21,480 nt of DNA from Piromyces finnis finn. Lineage: Eukaryota > Fungi > Neocallimastigomycota. Below are positions 18,638 to 21,480 of this stretch, in pieces (positions within the stretch are counted from its first letter, which is position 1; each line of letters starts with the position of its first letter). Where the stretch lies: assembly GCA_002104945.1 (NCBI GenBank), contig MCFH01000172.1, forward strand, positions 1 through 21,480. The letters run 5' to 3'. Position numbers and translations under genes: made by a program. The notes below the pieces were generated by a model. That model saw only the letters and a list, made by a program, of their open reading frames with translations. It was not told the DNA's origin and ran no database searches.

Positions 18638-21480
18638 CCTCCTCCAGGATTCGGATACCAGACGAATCAACTAAATTTATTTGTTACTTTATTATAAGAG
18701 AAATAATTGAAACGAGTGAATACATTTTGAATTTTTTTTTTTTTTTTTTTAAATTACATGAATATTAAATTATAAATATATTTTTTCATTTTCTATTTTC
18801 TATTCTCTTTTTCTCTTATCAATTACTAATTTTTTTTTTAAATTAATAACTATTACTAATGTGAATTATTAAAGTTGTTAATTAGTTCATCGCAGTTTAA
18901 ATTACTTTCAGGTTCCCAAGATGCTTCTGAAAGCGGATAACCTTTACATTTTATTAGATATTGAATCTTCCCATAATGCTTTCTTTTATCAAGTATTTCT
19001 TCTACTTCGTATTCTTCTTCTTCATTTACTATTATAGGTGGAGGTGGATCTTTGATTCTTCCAAAACTATCTTCATAATACGGTTCTAGGTTTGAAACAT
19101 GAACAATTGGGTAAATCTTCAGCGATTTTGGTAATTCTAATTTATAAGTGAGATTAGAGATTTTACTAATTATCCTAAACGGGCCAAGTTTCCTAGGATT
19201 AAATTTTTTATTTCCTTTATGAATTATCAAGGAGCTATCCAACCATACTTTGTCACCAGTCTTGAATGTCGGAGGTTCTTGTCTATACTTGTCGGCGTAT
19301 TTCTTTTGAACTTGGATAGCCTTCTTTAAGTTTTCTTTTAGTTTCTCCATTAGGTCTTCAAAGTCTCTTGTAAATTCTTCAGCTCTTGGAACATTCGTTT
19401 GGTCAGGAATTACCGGAGAGTATTTTGGGTGATAACCATAATTTAGGAAGAATGGTGAGAATTTTGTTGAGTCTTGAACAGCATTATTGTAACTGAATTC
19501 TGCCAATGGAAGAAAGTTGATCCAGTTTGTTCCTTTATAATTAGAAAAGCATCTTAAATATTGTTCAACAACGGAGTTTACCCTCTCCGTTTGGCCATTG
19601 GATTGATGATGATATGGTGAAGAATATTTAACATTGACGTCCAAAGATTGGGCAAAATAGATTTCCAAAATTTCGAAGTGAATTGCGCGCCTCTATCGGA
19701 AATAATTTCAGAGGAGAGACCGTGAATTTTGAAAATATAATTCAAAAAAGCAAAAGCAGTATCAGAAGCAGAAGGAATACCTTTAAAGGGAATGAGGTGG
19801 CACATTTTAGTAAGGCGGTCAACTACAACAAGAATAGTGTTAAATCCATCCGAAGGAGGGAGGTCAGTAATGAATCCATAGAAATAGAAGCCCAAGGATG
19901 GTCACTAATCTCAAGGGGTTGAAGTAAACCATATGGTTTATGACGAGAAGGCTTGGAGCGGGCAACAAATCTCGCAAGATCGGATATAATTCTTAACATC
20001 AATAGAAATGGATGGCCACCAAAAGTCACGAGAGATCAAAAGAAATAGTTTGCGGATACCAAAAATGACCGGCAGAGGGGGAATCATGACAGAGTTTCAA
20101 AACGGAGGGACGGCATTTTAAAGGGACATAGATTCTATTATCAAAAGAAGAAAACTATTACTAAGAGAGAATTTATTACTTTGTGGATGTGGGAGCTGGG
20201 AGATTCTTATTTTCAAGAAAATTGCAAATGTCAATGTTAAAAGAGTCGTTCACATATTCAGATAATATTTCATCATAAGAGAAGAAATGGAACAAATCAA
20301 AGCGCAGAAATTCTCAGGGCGTAAAACCGAAAAAGGAGCATCAGAAGGAAGAGAGGGAATCTATATAATCAGGTCTTCGTGAAAGCGCATCAGGTTTACC
20401 ATTTGATGAACCAGAGCGGTAGAGGAATTTAAAGTTAAATTCGGAAAGGAAAAGGGCCAAACGAACGAGACGTTGTGACATTTTTTTCCGGTTTCTTTTG
20501 ATATAGTAAGTTTCGATGATCTGAATAAATAGTAAACGGGGTTAAAGCACCTTTGAGAAAATGTCGCCAAGTCTCAAGAGCATTAACAATAGCTAAAAGT
20601 TCTTTATCGTATATAGGATAGTTTCTTTCAGCGGAAGTAAGAGATCTTGAATAGAAAGCGACAGGATGGATCATTTTATCATCAGGAGATTTTTGAGACA
20701 GAACTGCTCCTATAGCAAAGTTGCTAGAGTCGGTTTCAACAATAAAGGGAAGATCACGATTTGGATGAGACAGGATGGGAGCAGATGAAATTAATGATTT
20801 AATGGTATTAAATGCATCAAGAGCTTCAGAGGAAAAATCAAATTTAACGTTTTTACGAAGTAGTCTGTGAAGGGGTTGTGCAACTTTGGCAAAATTAGGA
20901 ATAAACCGACGATAGTAGTTGGCTAGGCCAATAAAAGATTGAACTTCCTTGACACTGGACGGAACTGGCCAATTAATAATAGCAGAAACTTTATTGGGGT
21001 CCATATGTACACCTTCAGAGGATATCCGATGACCAAGGAAATCAATAGAGGAAACAAAGAATTCACACTTTTCAAGCTTAGCATAAAGACCAGCATTTCT
21101 TAAGCGATCCAGGACTTCGATAACGTGCTTAATGTGGAATTTATGGTTTTCAGAAAAAATAATTAAATCGTCAATATATGAATAAACAAAAATCCCTAGA
21201 ATATTTTCCAGAACATCATTGATAAAATGCTGAAAAACAGCCGGGGCGTTTTTCAGTCCGAATGGCATTACCAGGTATTCAAAGTGGCCGAATTTGCAGG
21301 TGAAAGCTGTTTTATATTCATCACCCTTTTTGATTCGGACCAAGTTATATGCTGATCGTAAATCCAATTTTGAGAAGATTTTCGCTTTACCAAGATGCTC
21401 TAGCATATCTTGAATCAGAGGTAGAGGATAGGAATCTCTAATGGTAATTTTGTTGAGTTCCCTATAATCTTGACAAAGAC
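18638..21480 (-). mobile_element. LTR retrotransposon D (C-like chromovirus), 3' half only; cut at its PPT by element A and running off the window edge
   Basis: Minus-strand RT, RNase H, integrase and chromodomain closely resembling C. Its 3' UTR ends GATTCGTCTGGTATCCGAATCCTGGAGGAGG, homologous to C's AATTCGTCTGGAATCCGAATTTAGAGGAGGAG. Confidence 0.9.
18856..21480 (-). pseudogene. pol: Element D pol (RT, RNase H, integrase, chromodomain) with a cluster of frameshifts at about 19650-20490
   Basis: Open from the window edge (LCQDYRELNKITIRDSYPLPL...YIDD...TDSSNFAIGA) to about 20488, then several +/-1 shifts through the RNase H-integrase junction, then an open integrase core and [14 protein letters not shown] chromodomain (conserved W reads C: YLIKCKGY). 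Confidence 0.88.

Noticed and set aside
1525-20570. Short antisense and alternate-frame ORFs of 60-132 aa (for example 1525-1770, 2533-2736, 9230-9430, 15596-15994, 16586-16825)
   Set aside because: They overlap gag-pol, have no recognisable motifs and are expected shadow ORFs. 19578-19895 and 19823-20029 are frameshifted pieces of D's integrase, not separate genes.

Overview
An extremely AT-rich eukaryotic region with long poly-A tracts; anaerobic gut fungi (Neocallimastigomycota) are a plausible host, but that is inference. It contains no host gene and consists of four Ty3/Gypsy LTR retrotransposons of the Tf1/sushi chromovirus type nested inside one another. D (minus strand, 18638 to the right edge, frameshifted) is the outermost. 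A (550-18637, intact 1500-aa gag-pol) sits in D's polypurine tract. C (6254-17984, TSD ACAAT, disrupted ORF) sits in A's 3' LTR. B (7265-13534, TSD GCTTC, identical LTRs, intact 1516-aa gag-pol) sits in C's gag. Bases 1-531 are an indel-rich inverted copy of 601-1147, probably a fold-back artefact. The most interesting signal is in the non-coding cis elements. A, B and C have no tRNA primer-binding site; each has its own 11-nt PBS complementary to a site 35-37 nt downstream of an LTR TATA box (Tf1-style self-priming). Each also has an R/U5-leader stem interrupted by C-C mismatches. A hairpin showing compensatory base changes lies next to the PPT in A, C and D, and is split by an insertion in B.
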